Positions 37,573-50,097 of a stretch of 64,000 nt of DNA are shown one piece after another. Position numbers and translations under genes: made by a program. The notes beneath the pieces were generated by a model. It made no database searches. It was given only the letters and a program-made list of their open reading frames with translations, and was not told the DNA's origin. Position 1 is the stretch's first letter. Each line of letters starts with the position of its first letter. This stretch comes from Nitrospirales bacterium (GTDB lineage: Bacteria; Nitrospirota; Nitrospiria; Nitrospirales; UBA8639), in assembly GCA_965203295.1 (NCBI GenBank), contig CBDBCZ010000018.1, positions 1,088,001-1,152,000 on the forward strand, given 5' to 3'.

Positions 37573-37973
37573 CAATGTCTGCTCTGATCCCGCTAACTGC
37601 ACTGTATCTTCAATGAATAAATATTTTAAAGACATGAATACATCTATTACAGCTCCAGGCAAGTGTTAGTGCAAGGTATTGTAGCAATGAATTCATACTG
37701 AGTCTTGTTCAGCATATTCTAATATGTAAGCTGAAGTATATACAGCACAAATACATGAAAGTGAAAGAAAGGCACCAGCTAGTCTATCTAGAGCATTCAA
37801 AACCAAGCATCAGGCAGTTGATGTTTCTGTAATCCCATACTTCTATTAGCTACAGCTCCAGGAGTTAGTGTAAGGTATTGTAGGGTTTAAAATTCATACA
37901 TGTTCAGAATGTTCAAATGAGAATATGTGTAATAAAGTGCACACCAACCATAAATATACATATAAGCAAAAGT

Positions 37974-39770
37974 CTACATACAGTTACTACAAAACCAAGT
38001 GACTGGCATTCGTGTTTTCTTTAGTCCCATACATTTAAAATGAAACCAAGTTCCACACTTGTCACACGCAATCATTTTTGAATCGTATGATTCCGGCAAG
38101 TTGCAAACGCAGTAGACGTGTACAAACAAGTGCTTTTTAGCACACCTTGTGGTCAAACCACATGCTGTGGGAAAGAGGGAAAGCTTCTTAAGCTCCAGAC
38201 ACTCCAACAAATGTTCTCGCATGCCCTCCTGGTTGAATACGATTGCCTCGAGGTCATCCCCCACAGCTGAGTGGTAAGCTGCTGCTATGCTGAACAAGCC
38301 ACAATCAGTATCCCCTTCTTGTTGCTGGACGGGAACGGCTGTCACCATGAGGAGGTTGTCTCTCACTGCTGGTCGATACAGCCGCACCAGTTGCTCCTCA
38401 GTGCTTGGAGAGAGGGTTCCGGAGAAGCAGCTGTCATACAGGAGAACTTCACCACCACGGTAGGCTGTCGCAATCCAATGGTGTCTCTCTGGGACGAAGA
38501 GTATTTGTACAGCTGCATGGGTGTTGTAGAAAACAAACAGATAAGGCCCCATCATTAGGAAACAGGCCATAGCAAAGATGAGACGAGAAAAGTAAAGTAG
38601 CAACAAAGACTAAGTATAAAGATCACAAACCTTCAGGGAAAAAGCCACTGCCCCCAGTGACAGGAGTGAAAGAGCCCATTGACTGTGAAAAGAGGGTTGA
38701 TTGCAGACCCTGTAGATGTGGGAATGCTTCCGCCAACAGCTTGTGTGCAGCATGCATATGCATGTCGGTGAGCATGCCTCCCTTCTCGATGATTACTCTG
38801 TCCCTGGTCTTCAGATCAAGATCCGCAACCCAGTACCCAGATTCCTGAAACAAATAAACAAGTAGTAAGTTAGCATAGAATATAGCATTCTACTAGCTAT
38901 ATATGTTGTTTTACATCAATCGGCTTCCTCTTTTTCGTCGGAGATTTCTGAACTTTTCTCTTTTTCATTGGTGGGTGCTCCTCAGAAGTCTGCTTCTTCT
39001 GTGCTGGTTTGTCTTGCTCTTTCTCCTCAATTTTTTTCTCAGGGGCTTTCTCTTTCTCTGGGTTGCTTTTCTTTTCATACACCTATTAGACACAGTGGAG
39101 AATGGCAAGTGACAAGTACTCCTCAATACAATACAATACAATACAAGACATTACCTTCAGTCGAGCAATGTTGCATTTTGTCTTCAGCACCTTTCCACTC
39201 GAATTTTTCAGCTCATACACTCCTTTTCCGAGATTTCGGTTAATAGTGTAAGGTCCAAGCCACCTGTCGCTGAGCTTTCCACCTTTTCGCTGTTTTTGTT
39301 GAGTGTTCTCCATCAATACCTCCATTCCAGGTTGCAGCTCCTACAGGGCAAAGAAAAATACTTAAGTGAGGCTGTGTGAAGGTTAGACTGCATAATATTA
39401 TGTATACCTGAGGAGCATGTCGCTTGTCATAATACTGCTTTTGGTATTCTTGAGCACTCCTGATGTTTTTCATCACCTCTGGTTTGAGGTCATCGCGAAC
39501 CTGCAGCATAGCCTGGATGTAGTCGTCCATGCCACCATCCCCATCCCCATCTTTACTAGAACCAGGCATGAGCTCAGTGTCGATTGGGAGTCGAGCTTCT
39601 CGGTGGTATAGCATAAAAAATGGGGAGTAGCCAGTGGTTCGGTGCTTGGCTGCCCGATAGCCAAACAGGATTGGGTCCAGCTTAAGGTCCCAATCGTCTT
39701 GGCTTTCGTTGACGAACTTCACCAGTGAGCGGCTGAGGGTTTGGTTGAACCGCTCGGTTAATCCATTGGT
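37974..39770 (-). mobile_element. Ginger1-like transposase 3' portion: integrase C-terminal half, GPY/F motif, Ulp1-like protease, PHD finger; intron-containing
   Basis: TNGLTERFNQTL...DDWD..L..ILFGYR...H.TTGYSPFFMLY.RE.RLPID; KLSDRWLGPYTI; HHWI..LYDS..QQEGDTDCGLFSIA; YCVC..MIACDKCGTWFHFKC..WFCSNC. GT-AG introns 39341-39407 and 39083-39154. The 5' part is missing. Confidence 0.8.
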
Positions 39771-40353
39771 CTGTAAAAGATTAATGTAACTTGGAATGGC
39801 GGAAACTATATACACTGTTAAAAAAGGGGTGTTAACCAAACACCTTTAGGGGCGCTATAGTCGCCGTGAACACCAAGCTCCTCATGGGTTTGGAAAGATG
39901 TAGGGATGGTAGCTACGCGGTAAATGTGTGGGTAGTCTGTGCATGCATTACGGTGTGCACTGTCGCTTGTTTTATTGGTTTTTGGGGAAGTGTTTTTTGG
40001 TGGAAGTGCATCCCTACATGTCTTGATTTTGCACTTTTTGGCAAAGTGCTTTTTCTGTAACTTGAATTTATATGGGGGTTTCAATACTAGGCGTTTATAC
40101 TTTGTACAGGCTTTTCGGCTTCTTTAAGCTGTTTCTTATGGTTGGTAAAGGGTTAATCAAAAATCAAAAATGGGGAAATGCTCTTCTGTAAGGGTAGCTA
40201 TAGCTACACCAGCCTAAACTGTTCATGAGTACAAAATTTGAACCATATAGCTAGCTACATGGTAACCTATGAGTTTTCTCACACACTTATATACAATGCT
40301 GCATAGCTACTAGCCTGATGCATGTTGAGTCACAAACTGTAGAAATATATTTC

Positions 40354-41345
40354 TCAGTCCCACTCATAATCCCAGACAGGGCCACAAGTGCTGACTTTGT
40401 TATAGGGGGTCCACATAGTTTTCTTGGCATGCACCTGAAGTGCTTCCATGAGCTCTACAGCCTCAGATATCTTCTCTGGAGCTCCATTAAACGTGGCATC
40501 TAGGACACGTAGAAAGTTACGGTAGACGCGGTGGAATGCCTTGGCCTCTGTGTAGCATTTGGTGCCTGGTATGATATCGTCTTTGCTGGGGCTATCTCGC
40601 ATTGGCCATACTCCCGCTGGATTGTATGGAATTGGGAGGCCATCGTAGGCATAGCCATTTTCCGTTAAGATCAACCTCTTCTGGCACACAATCTCTTCAA
40701 AGCATACTGGCCAGTGATGGTGTCACTAGGGTTGAATGGATTTGCACCCTCGCCCTGCTCCACGATTTGGTCAATACCAGCCGTTGCTGCTTCAAAGCTT
40801 GTGACAATGTATACACTGCCAACATTAGTATCATCAGGCACTTGCCATGGCCATTGGACCTGTTTTTCTTCTGTTCCTGGGGGATATATGTCTTCACCAA
40901 GAATCTTCATGCAAGCACAGTTTTATTTCTTCATACAATTGTCCAATAGTGTTTAGTGTGTATTCTGGTTCAGGTCTACCAACAAAGGTCAGTGCAGGGG
41001 TTTCAGTAGCCATGAAGTTATTATATACACACAAAAGATCGAACTTCTTCAAGTTTACAGTCAGGTTTGGTAGTACTCCCCCTGGGAGACCAGTTGCAGG
41101 ATATGATGGAACAAACTCAGGATCATCAATCCTCACCGTTCCTCCAATTCCAATGAGCGTACTAGCTGCTTGAGTGTAGTGAAGCATTTCTTGCATTGCG
41201 ATATTCCTGATAAGGTGGTATGCCTCTACATTGCAGTGTTCCATAATGGAACAAAGAGCTGTCAGGTAGAGAGGAAGTGTGTAGAATTCGAGTTGTACTG
41301 CCTTCTGTAGTTGATCTCGTACGTTGTCAATGTTGCACACTGGAA
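40354..41345 (-). pseudogene. Intronless ferritin-like domain gene (VioB/RebD-associated ferritin-like family), frameshifted
   Basis: LQKAVQLEFYTLPLYLTALCSI, IAMQEMLH, TIGQLY, AGIDQIVEQGEG, FEEIVC..RL, AVELMEAL, CGPVW spread over three overlapping ORFs (40894-41340, 40671-40910, 40354-40689). Confidence 0.75.
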
Positions 41346-41448
41346 CAAAGGGCTACCTGCACTGACCTTTGTTGGTAGACCTGAACCAGAATACACATTG
41401 CTCTACCCATTTCAGAATCTTCTTGGTCACTTCCGTATACTGACCCGG

Positions 41449-42010
41449 TATGAGGGAGAGAGGAGTATAAGGCTAGAATTTTGAAGTGGGAACGTGGCAA
41501 AGGTGGTTGAAGACAGCCTCATGGATCGTGTGAGAGTGGACCCTGTTACACTTTGCATGGGAACGTCCAGATACGTCCAGCACGGTATTACGGAAGACCG
41601 CTGCAACCCGTTTTATGTGGCTCAGGGGGCATGTTCTCAGAGAGAAGGTCACCTTAGGGAAGGTGAGACAGGAGTGGAGTAGAGTCATTTGAATTTGGTA
41701 GCTTGGATAGGCCGTCGTTGACTTTCTCCACCCTCTGTAGGACAAAACCTCCCGGAGAGAAACTGGGCCAAAAGGGCAACCTTGGAGGGAGAAACCACCC
41801 CTGCTGATTGGGATCTTAAGCGGGAGTTAGTTAGGTGTAGGAGAAGTATTGACTGGGACATATAGAGGAGTGACTTGGCTCGATTGAGGTGGAGCTCATG
41901 GGAAGGACCTTCCTCTTCCACGATCTTTGGGGCAGCGGCCAGGTCACCAGGGGAACCACAGAGGGTGCCGTCATCTAGGTACCAGGTACTGATCTGCCAG
42001 ACAACAGCTT
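41449..42010 (-). mobile_element. CRE-like non-LTR retrotransposon RT fragment
   Basis: WYLDDGTLCGSPGDLAAAPKIVEEEGPSHELHLNRAKS (intact YLDD motif near 41970). Confidence 0.75.
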
Positions 42011-44713
42011 TGATCTTCTCTTTTGTTTAAAATCGGAGACCTATATTACTGTCCAGTATAGTATTGAAGCTGCAACTGAGTTAAACCTGGCTGGGCTAAC
42101 CCTTTAAAGGGTTAAAGTAACCATTTTGTTTTGCCAGTTAGTATGAAATAAGTATTTTTTCTTTGCAAACGCAAAAAGATTACTTTAACCAAGCTAGGTT
42201 TAACTCAGTTGCAGCTTTAATACTATGCTTGACAATAAGGTCTCCAATTTAAAAAAAAAGACTAAATTAATTATAAGCAAGATCATGAAGGTATATGTAG
42301 CTGTGTAGTTACAATTACAGGAATGCTAAAAGTGCAGCTACACTGTTATCCATCAAATTTACATGTAGCTATACTGCTGCACTTGTAACATTACTGGTGA
42401 CCTAACATAATTTGCCATTCTGCCTGAAATTGGAGTAATATTAGCTGCATAATGTTGGGCAAGTGATGTAATTGATCTGCGTGTATACACATTTTTAATA
42501 GTAAGCTTAGTTGCTACTGACTAAGAAATAGCCCTAGCAGAGTAAAAACAAACTGCTTGTTTCTGCAGTGTTGGTTGAGCGAAGAGTTATATTTGTATCC
42601 TTTTGAAATAACACAACTAGTAGGATTCGAGCCACCCTTCTACCTGGGACTGAAGATCAACTGGGAGGACTACAGGTAGTTAAATGATTAGTAGCCAAAT
42701 TATTAATTATAGCTGTATGGGCAGTGAACTGGTATTCTGTGTTGATAAACGTGGATCCCTGGGCTACAGGGACTACCTGTATACAAGAAGTGTATGGTAC
42801 TGGTGGTGTGAGTTAGTCAGTGAGCACTTAAAAGTCAAAAAAGTGTCATGTGAAGGCAATACCTCACACGAAATGAAAATGTGATTATTTTCATCAGGTA
42901 GCATCGCAAATCGCGTCTAGTACCCTTACCCCTCCCGCAAAATGCAGGTGCTGCATCATATCTGACAGTGATGAGGACAGTTACTTGTTTACTACTTGTG
43001 TACAGGTAGTTAGAAAGGGGTGTCAGTCAATTATCCATTGCCCTGGCTCTTTAGCATGATTAGTATACTAAAAAATACTATGTACATGAATGAACGTAAA
43101 ATAAAAGACTGTCCTTCAACAAGCTTGAATGCTAAACGACTTGGCTTTTGCCTAATGGCTGGCTTGGTATTATCTGCTATTGCATGCTGTCCACTCTTGT
43201 ATATATGCCCTATTAATGGTATGTGAAAATCTGTTTATACTTTTGGTTTTCAGTTACTGTACTTTCTCCAAATGATAAGAATATAGCAGTGGACTGCTAT
43301 GTAGAGATCTCTGTCATGTCAATCACTCAATTGTTTGCTTGCATGTGCAAGGGAACACATTAACCCTTTACCAATCATAAAAAACAGCTTAAAGAAGCAA
43401 AAAAGCCTGTACAAAGTATTAACGCCTAGTATTAAAACCCCCATATAAATTTATATGGGCTTATGGAAGCTCATGACGCATATATGCGGCATTGATTGGT
43501 AAAGAGTTAATAAAAGACAATGAACCAGAGTGGCCTAACCCCAAATATACTTACCCCACCCAAATTTGAGAATACTTGAAAAAGCTATTTATAGCTACTG
43601 CAATGTAAAAAGATTTCTGTAACCTATATGCAGTGGGTATACTCAGTTACAGTCTGGCTACAAAACAATGTGCTTAAGTGGATAATGTAGCACCGCAGTT
43701 TCTTAAATTTCGGAAGGAATGAAATGCCCATTGAGACAATTATCCCCACTGTGTTTAGTTTGGTTTCCTTGAGTTATGTGATACTTTGCTATGCCCCTAA
43801 CTGTGCATGCTTTGGTGCTTGCTGTATGTAACTGAGGCAACCGTGTGTGGTTTAAAGTATTTTGCAGAATGCCAGAATACAAACACAAGTCTAGCAACAA
43901 AACAATGTGCTTATGTGGATCACTATAGCACCGTAGTTTCTTAAGAATGAAATGTCCATTGAGACAATTACCCCCACCAGGCTTTGTTTGGATTCATGTA
44001 ATGCTATGCCCCTAACTGTGAATGCTTTGGTGCGGGGCTGTATGTAACTGAGGCAACCGTGTGTGGGTTAAAGTATTTTGCAGAATGCCAGAATACTAAC
44101 ACAAGACTAAACCCTGCAAATTTAAACTTATACCCCTTCCAAACTTGAGAATGCTCTTAAAATGTGTTTCAAGAGCTACTCATTGACAAAATCTAATCTA
44201 AGTCATACGGTATTTACATCTTTAGAATTTTTATGCGTAATTCAAGCAATTTCCAATAATTATTATTTGGGTTTGACCACCCAAGTTCTTAGCCCTTCTA
44301 TTATTTGCTGGAAGCTGAAGCAAAATGCTAGTTTGGGTGGACACACACTGCTATCATCGTACATACACTGCTAGTCTGGGCAGACAGAAACTGCCAGGTG
44401 ATTACGCTGGCCATACACTATCAGCTAGCAGATTTTGTCCCCGTACCGATTTTTCTGCTCAGGTTTTTTCTGCTCAGGTTCTTGGTAGCTGAGGCTAATC
44501 ACAGGCTATTTTGATTAAAATCAACTTTATTCATAGCTGATGAAGCGAAAAATTGTATATATACATGTATAGTTAGCTAAATGGTACCATCTGGAAACTG
44601 GTTACAGTTGTTCGTTTACATCTATACCCCTCCCATTTTATGCAAGTAACTCAGACCTCATATTAGCCTCATTTGTAATCTTCTTTTTTATTTTCGGAAA
44701 CAAAAAAGCTTTC

Positions 44714-45180
44714 TTTACTTTTCAACATGCAAACAAATGGCAGTGGAGACTTGGAATGAGGCTAGTCTCGTTCCCAGACCCTCCACACATGCCCCGTCAA
44801 AAATTAGGGAAAGGTAGGTAAGGAAGGAGGGTCTGGTAAATGGCCATTGCAGGAATGTAGTGCAGCCATAGAGTACGCATATTCATTAACCGCACAGGCG
44901 CGCGTAAGTAAACAGCCAGCCACGTGTTGCAGACACAGCGCATAGGGGTTCCCGCAAACATGCAATTAACGCCAATAATTACGTTTTAATTGCTCCGCCA
45001 AACTTCCGGCGGAGCGGTGTGAAGTAGTAAGCCCATTTACCAGACCCTCCTTCCTTCCCTACTTTTCCCCACTTGTTTGATGGGGCATGCATGGAGGTCT
45101 GGGAACGAGATTAGCCTCATTCCAAGTCTCCACTGCCATTTGTTTGCATGTTGAAAAGTAAGGGTCTGGGAACGAGACTA
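44714..45180. mobile_element. MITE (44763-45113) flanked by a further ~50-bp inverted repeat and an extra TIR end
   Basis: TAGTCTCGTTCCCAGACC...GGTCTGGGAACGAGATTA; outer arms ttacttttcaacatgcaaacaaatggcagtggagacttggaatgaggcta and its reverse complement at 45112-45160. Confidence 0.75.
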
Positions 45181-45404
45181 GAATGATCAAGGTTATTCAC
45201 ATGCTTATATGGGATGGAAGCTCTATGAATTATGTTTCTTTTTTCATGTGTCCACCATGTGTACACACAAACTAGCCTTACCGTACGCTCTTTACAGGTT
45301 ACTAACATGCCTGCATGGAGACTTAGTGGCTGAAGACAATAGCTAAATAGCTTATTCTTTCTATTCACACAGGATATCGATTTTTAATATTAAGTTGCAT
45401 ATTC

Positions 45405-48400
45405 ATGGAGAACAGCTCCACAGTACTACTGCTGACATGGCAGAAACTCCTCCTGATCCTCATATTGCTGACCTCATGCTTCGGTCAAAGTACCTACTAC
45501 GTCAAACCCACACCAGACACACCATGTCCAGGAGAGCCCTGCCACACCCTCTCTGAGTATGCAGCCGGCCAGTATTTCAGCAACCTCCCAGTGAACACAG
45601 CAATAGAGTTCCTTCCTGGCAATCACACACTGGAGGAGACTATCACTGTGACTACCTTGCAACAACTCACCCTTCATGGAGATCCAGAAGTCCACAGTAG
45701 GATTGTATGCACCTGGCAAGCCGGGTTTGCCTTTACTAACATGTCTGAGCTGCACATTAGTGCACTGGCCTTCATCTCGTGTGGTCACCACAGGAGTGCT
45801 GCAGTGCTTGTGTGGTCAGTACAGCAGGGTGATATCGCAAACTGCACCTTCCAGAATAGCATAAACACTGTTGGCAACACTCGTGATTATCAAGGTGGAG
45901 CACTGTTTTTAGGGAATAGCACTCTTACACTCACACGAAACACTTTTTACAACAACGTAGCCATTTCAGGAGGAGCACTTTATGTAAAGAGTAGCACCCT
46001 TATGCTCTCACGAAACGCTTTTTACAACAACTTTGCTACGTATGGGGGAGCATTTGAAGTAGAGTACAGCACTCTTACGCTAACAGGAAACACTTTCTAC
46101 AACAACTCAGCCAATTTAGGAGGAGGAGCAATTCGTGCACGGCATGGCACCCTCAACCTCACAGGGAACACATTCCAGTATAACTCCGCTGGTGATGATG
46201 GAGGGGCACTAGTTGCATGGATTAGTATTATCAACCTCACAAGGAATACATTTCAGAACAACACTGCTTGTGATTCTGGAGGAGCACAGTATATGTACGA
46301 TGGCACCCTTCATTCTGTAGGAAATCATTTTCAAAACAGCCATGCTGCCTTTGGGGGTACATTGCACGTGTATAAAAGCCATGCAGCATTGACTGATGAT
46401 TGCTTTAGTGACAGTTATGCACAGTTCCAGGGTGGTGCAGTCCTTGTAACTGTTGACAGCATAGTAGACATGCATAATATCACAATTGAAAATAATGAAG
46501 CGAAGTACGGCGGAGGTATGGCTGCAGTGGATAGTCAACTGAAAGTTTTTGAAAACGCCTTTCAGAACAACAGAGCTAGATATGGTGGAGGGCTTTACGT
46601 ACACAACACAGAATTTAATGGAACTGCAATAATAGCAAAAAATTCAGCAAGTGAAGGGGGAGGAGGTATTTACGCATCAATGAGCACTTTTTCTTTCATG
46701 GATAATACAACAATCATTACAAAAAATTCAGCTAAGGATGGTGGAGGATTGCTGCTATCTGGTGATTCTAAACTCTACCAGAAGTCAGGTTCAGCTGTTC
46801 ACTTTACAAGTAACAGTGCTATGAGTACTGGAGGTGCCATCAAGGTAGAAGAAAGTGACCCACTAACCTACTGCATTCCTCTGACAACATCTTTTTATGT
46901 GAGCAACAGTGAGTGCTTCTTTCAAATCCAACAAAAAAAGATACATTTTAATCATTTATATCAAGCTGAAAGATACGTCAATTCCCTCAATATTACGATG
47001 TACTTTGACAACAACACAGCTGTGGAAGGAGGTAGTGACTTGCATGGTGGTTCAGTTGATAATTGTAAAATCAACACCTTCATATTCAATAAACACTATG
47101 AGGATTCTACAGCTCTTTGTGGATACTATTTTGATGCAATGAGTGAAAACAAAAACAGTTATTTCTTCTGAACCACTGAATATCTGCACCTGCAGAGATG
47201 GTGTACCAAACTGCAGTGGTGTTTACCACCCTGAACCTGTGTATCCCGGGGGAATACTGGAGGTCCCAGTCATTGCACAAGGGCAAAGAAATGGTACAAC
47301 TACAGCTGTGATACAAGTTGTTGATACATTTAACAACATTAGTATCAGCAAACTTGAATATTCTCAAAACATTAATAGCACTTGTACAACCCTCAAGTAC
47401 ACCATACATTCACATGCCACTGATTCCACTCAAGGAATGATTCTTTACGCTCAAGGTCCTTGTTCACCCACTCAGACTAACACTCTTGCAGTTACTGTGA
47501 AAATTCAGTACTGCCCTCCTGGTTTTAATTTATCAATGAATGAACCAGTATGCATTTGTGCTGAAAGACTGAAAAAATTTACAAAAACGTGCTTAGTAGA
47601 CAACAAAACAGTGTTACGTGAACACAATGCTGACTTTTGGGTAGGATATGACTTTGACAATGAGTCCCGAGGTTTGATTCTTCATCCAAATTGTCCATTT
47701 GATTATTGTAAATCAGAAGATACATACTTGGCAGTTGAAGACAGTGATAAGCAGTGTAACCATAACAGAAGTGGCTTACTATGCGGAAGATGCAGTGAAA
47801 ACCTGAGCCTTGTATTGGGCAGCTCCCGCTGTTTGCAGTGCTCCAATTCTTATCTCTCACTCTTAGCTGCATTTGCTTTTGCTGGCATTGCACTAGTGGT
47901 CTTACTTCTGGTTCTGAGGCTGACAGTTGCAGCAGGAACCATGAATGGATTAATCTTCTATGCAAATATTTTACAGGTGAATTCGACAATATTCTTTCAA
48001 CTTCAAAACAAGATTACAAGTGTTCCGATAGGGCTTATAGCTAAATTCTTTAGTGTCTTTATAGCCTGGCTAAACTTGGACCTGGGAATTGAAACTTGTT
48101 TCTACACTGGAATGGATGCTTATGCTAAAACATGGATACAGTTTGCATTTCCTCTCTACGTGTGGGCTCTTGTGGGTTTGATTATAGTCGGCAGCCACTA
48201 CTCAGGAAGAGTGGCAAGTATATTTGGAAGCAATCCTATCGCAGTGTTGACCACACTCTTCCTGCTCTCATACACCAAACTGCTTCGCACTATTGTTGCT
48301 GCGCTTTCTTTTACATCCCTTGAATATCCCAATAACTTACACATTGCAGTGTGGCTGTATGATGGGAATGTTAGATACCTCAGTGGCAAGCACATTCCAC

Positions 48401-49089
48401 TCTTCACAGCTGGAATGATCTGCCTGATTTTCCTGTTTTTCCCCTACACAATGCTGCTGATTTTTAGCCAATGGCTCAAGGCCAAGTCACATTTAAAAAT
48501 CTTTGCTTGCTTCAACAGTCGCTACATTAAACACTTCCTGGATGCCTACCATGCACCCTATACAAGCAAACACCGCTACTGGACTGGAGTGATGCTTCTT
48601 TTTCGCTTGGTTTTGTTTCTCGTTTCTGCACTCAATGTACTTGGAGATCCCAGTATCAACCTTCTTGCTATTGTGACTACGGCAATATTGATACCTCCTA
48701 CTCTACTAGGTTGCAGAATCTACAGGTCATGGAGCCTTGGCCTCCTTGAATCATTCTCGATCATCAACCTGGCCATACTTTCTGTGGCCACTTTATACGT
48801 TCGTACCAGTGGAGGCAACCAGAATGCTGTTACAATCACCTCAGTTGGCATAGCTTTTGCAACCTTTACTGGGGTTGTCATCTACCACACTGTTCAGCAA
48901 CTCAAAGGCACCAAGCTGTGGAGGAGAGTGTGCCTGAGGCACGATTACATGAGTGTCCCCCTGATTGATGTGGCCTCAGAACCTGATGATGATGACCCAC
49001 CAGACCGTGTGTTCCTATCAGGGTGCGCCCCAACCCAGACAATTGTCGATATACGTTTTTTACGAGAACAATGCATGGAGACAAACTGA
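45405..49089 (+). pseudogene. Pmp-like repeat, Cys-rich, multi-pass membrane protein, copy 2; +1 frameshift in an A-run near 47151
   Basis: ORFs 45405-47171 and 47143-49089 join if one A is removed (gaaaacaaaaacagtt versus gaaaacaaaacagtt in copy 1). This may be a sequencing error. Confidence 0.85.
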
Positions 49090-49844
49090 ACACATCAATA
49101 CACACAAAACGAATTGCAGCAGCTACACTACTACTAAATACAAAATAACTATCAAATAATGCAGCGCAAGCTTGCATACACTTTTAATTTTTTTTTATGA
49201 TTACACTACGATTCAACTATAAAGTAATGAACAGCAAGCTAGCGCTGTTCACACACCATAACATAATATTGTGTTAAACGTATTTTGTACTTCCCTCATG
49301 TGGCTATCATCCATACCCATTTAGACTTTCTTTGTTTGCACATTTGCATCAATTTCATAGTGATCCCTTTTTTACTTGATGATTTTTGTAGGCACCTGAT
49401 TATTAATGGTGTTGCTTGTCTTTATGAGTATTAGCACAGTAATGTAGGGAATAGTCAATACCAACCACATTCTGCAATGCGGAATGTGGTCTGGCCCACA
49501 AGACTAGCTCGGGAATGGGGTACTAAAATGAACAAAATACTTTACTCTTCCCTATTGAGTGATTAGTCCACTTTAAAGTGATGCCAGAGAATGGAAATTC
49601 AAGTTTCAGCTGTGTATAAAAAAATGCACTGTCAAATATTGAATTGCAACACATTAATTAACTACAGTGTAACAAACCAAACTCCCAAATATCCTCATCC
49701 ATCCAAGTTTTGGCACTATTCAGTTCTTTTATCCTGATAACCATCGAGCTTTATTAACACCATCACAATGCAGGGTGCTTCATTGATTGATGATTCAGAT
49801 TGTGATTGTTGGTCCAACAGGTACAGGTAGCCCTACCTACTTGG

Positions 49845-50097
49845 TGGAGGCAACCAGAATGTTGTTACGTTGGCCTCAGTTGGCGTAGCTTTTACAACGT
49901 TTACTGGGGTTGTCATCTACCACTCTGTTCAACAACGCAAAGGCACTAGGCTGCGGAGGAGAGTGAGTGTGCCCCGGACTGATGTGGCCTCAGGGCCTGA
50001 GGACCTACCGGATCGTGTGTTCATGTCAGGGTCTGCCCCAACCCAGACTGTGGTGGACTTACGCTTATTACGAGAACGATGCATGGCAACAGAGTGA
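49845..50097 (+). pseudogene. Orphan 3' fragment of a Pmp-like paralog, copy 2
   Basis: Duplicate of 8800-9055. Confidence 0.8.
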
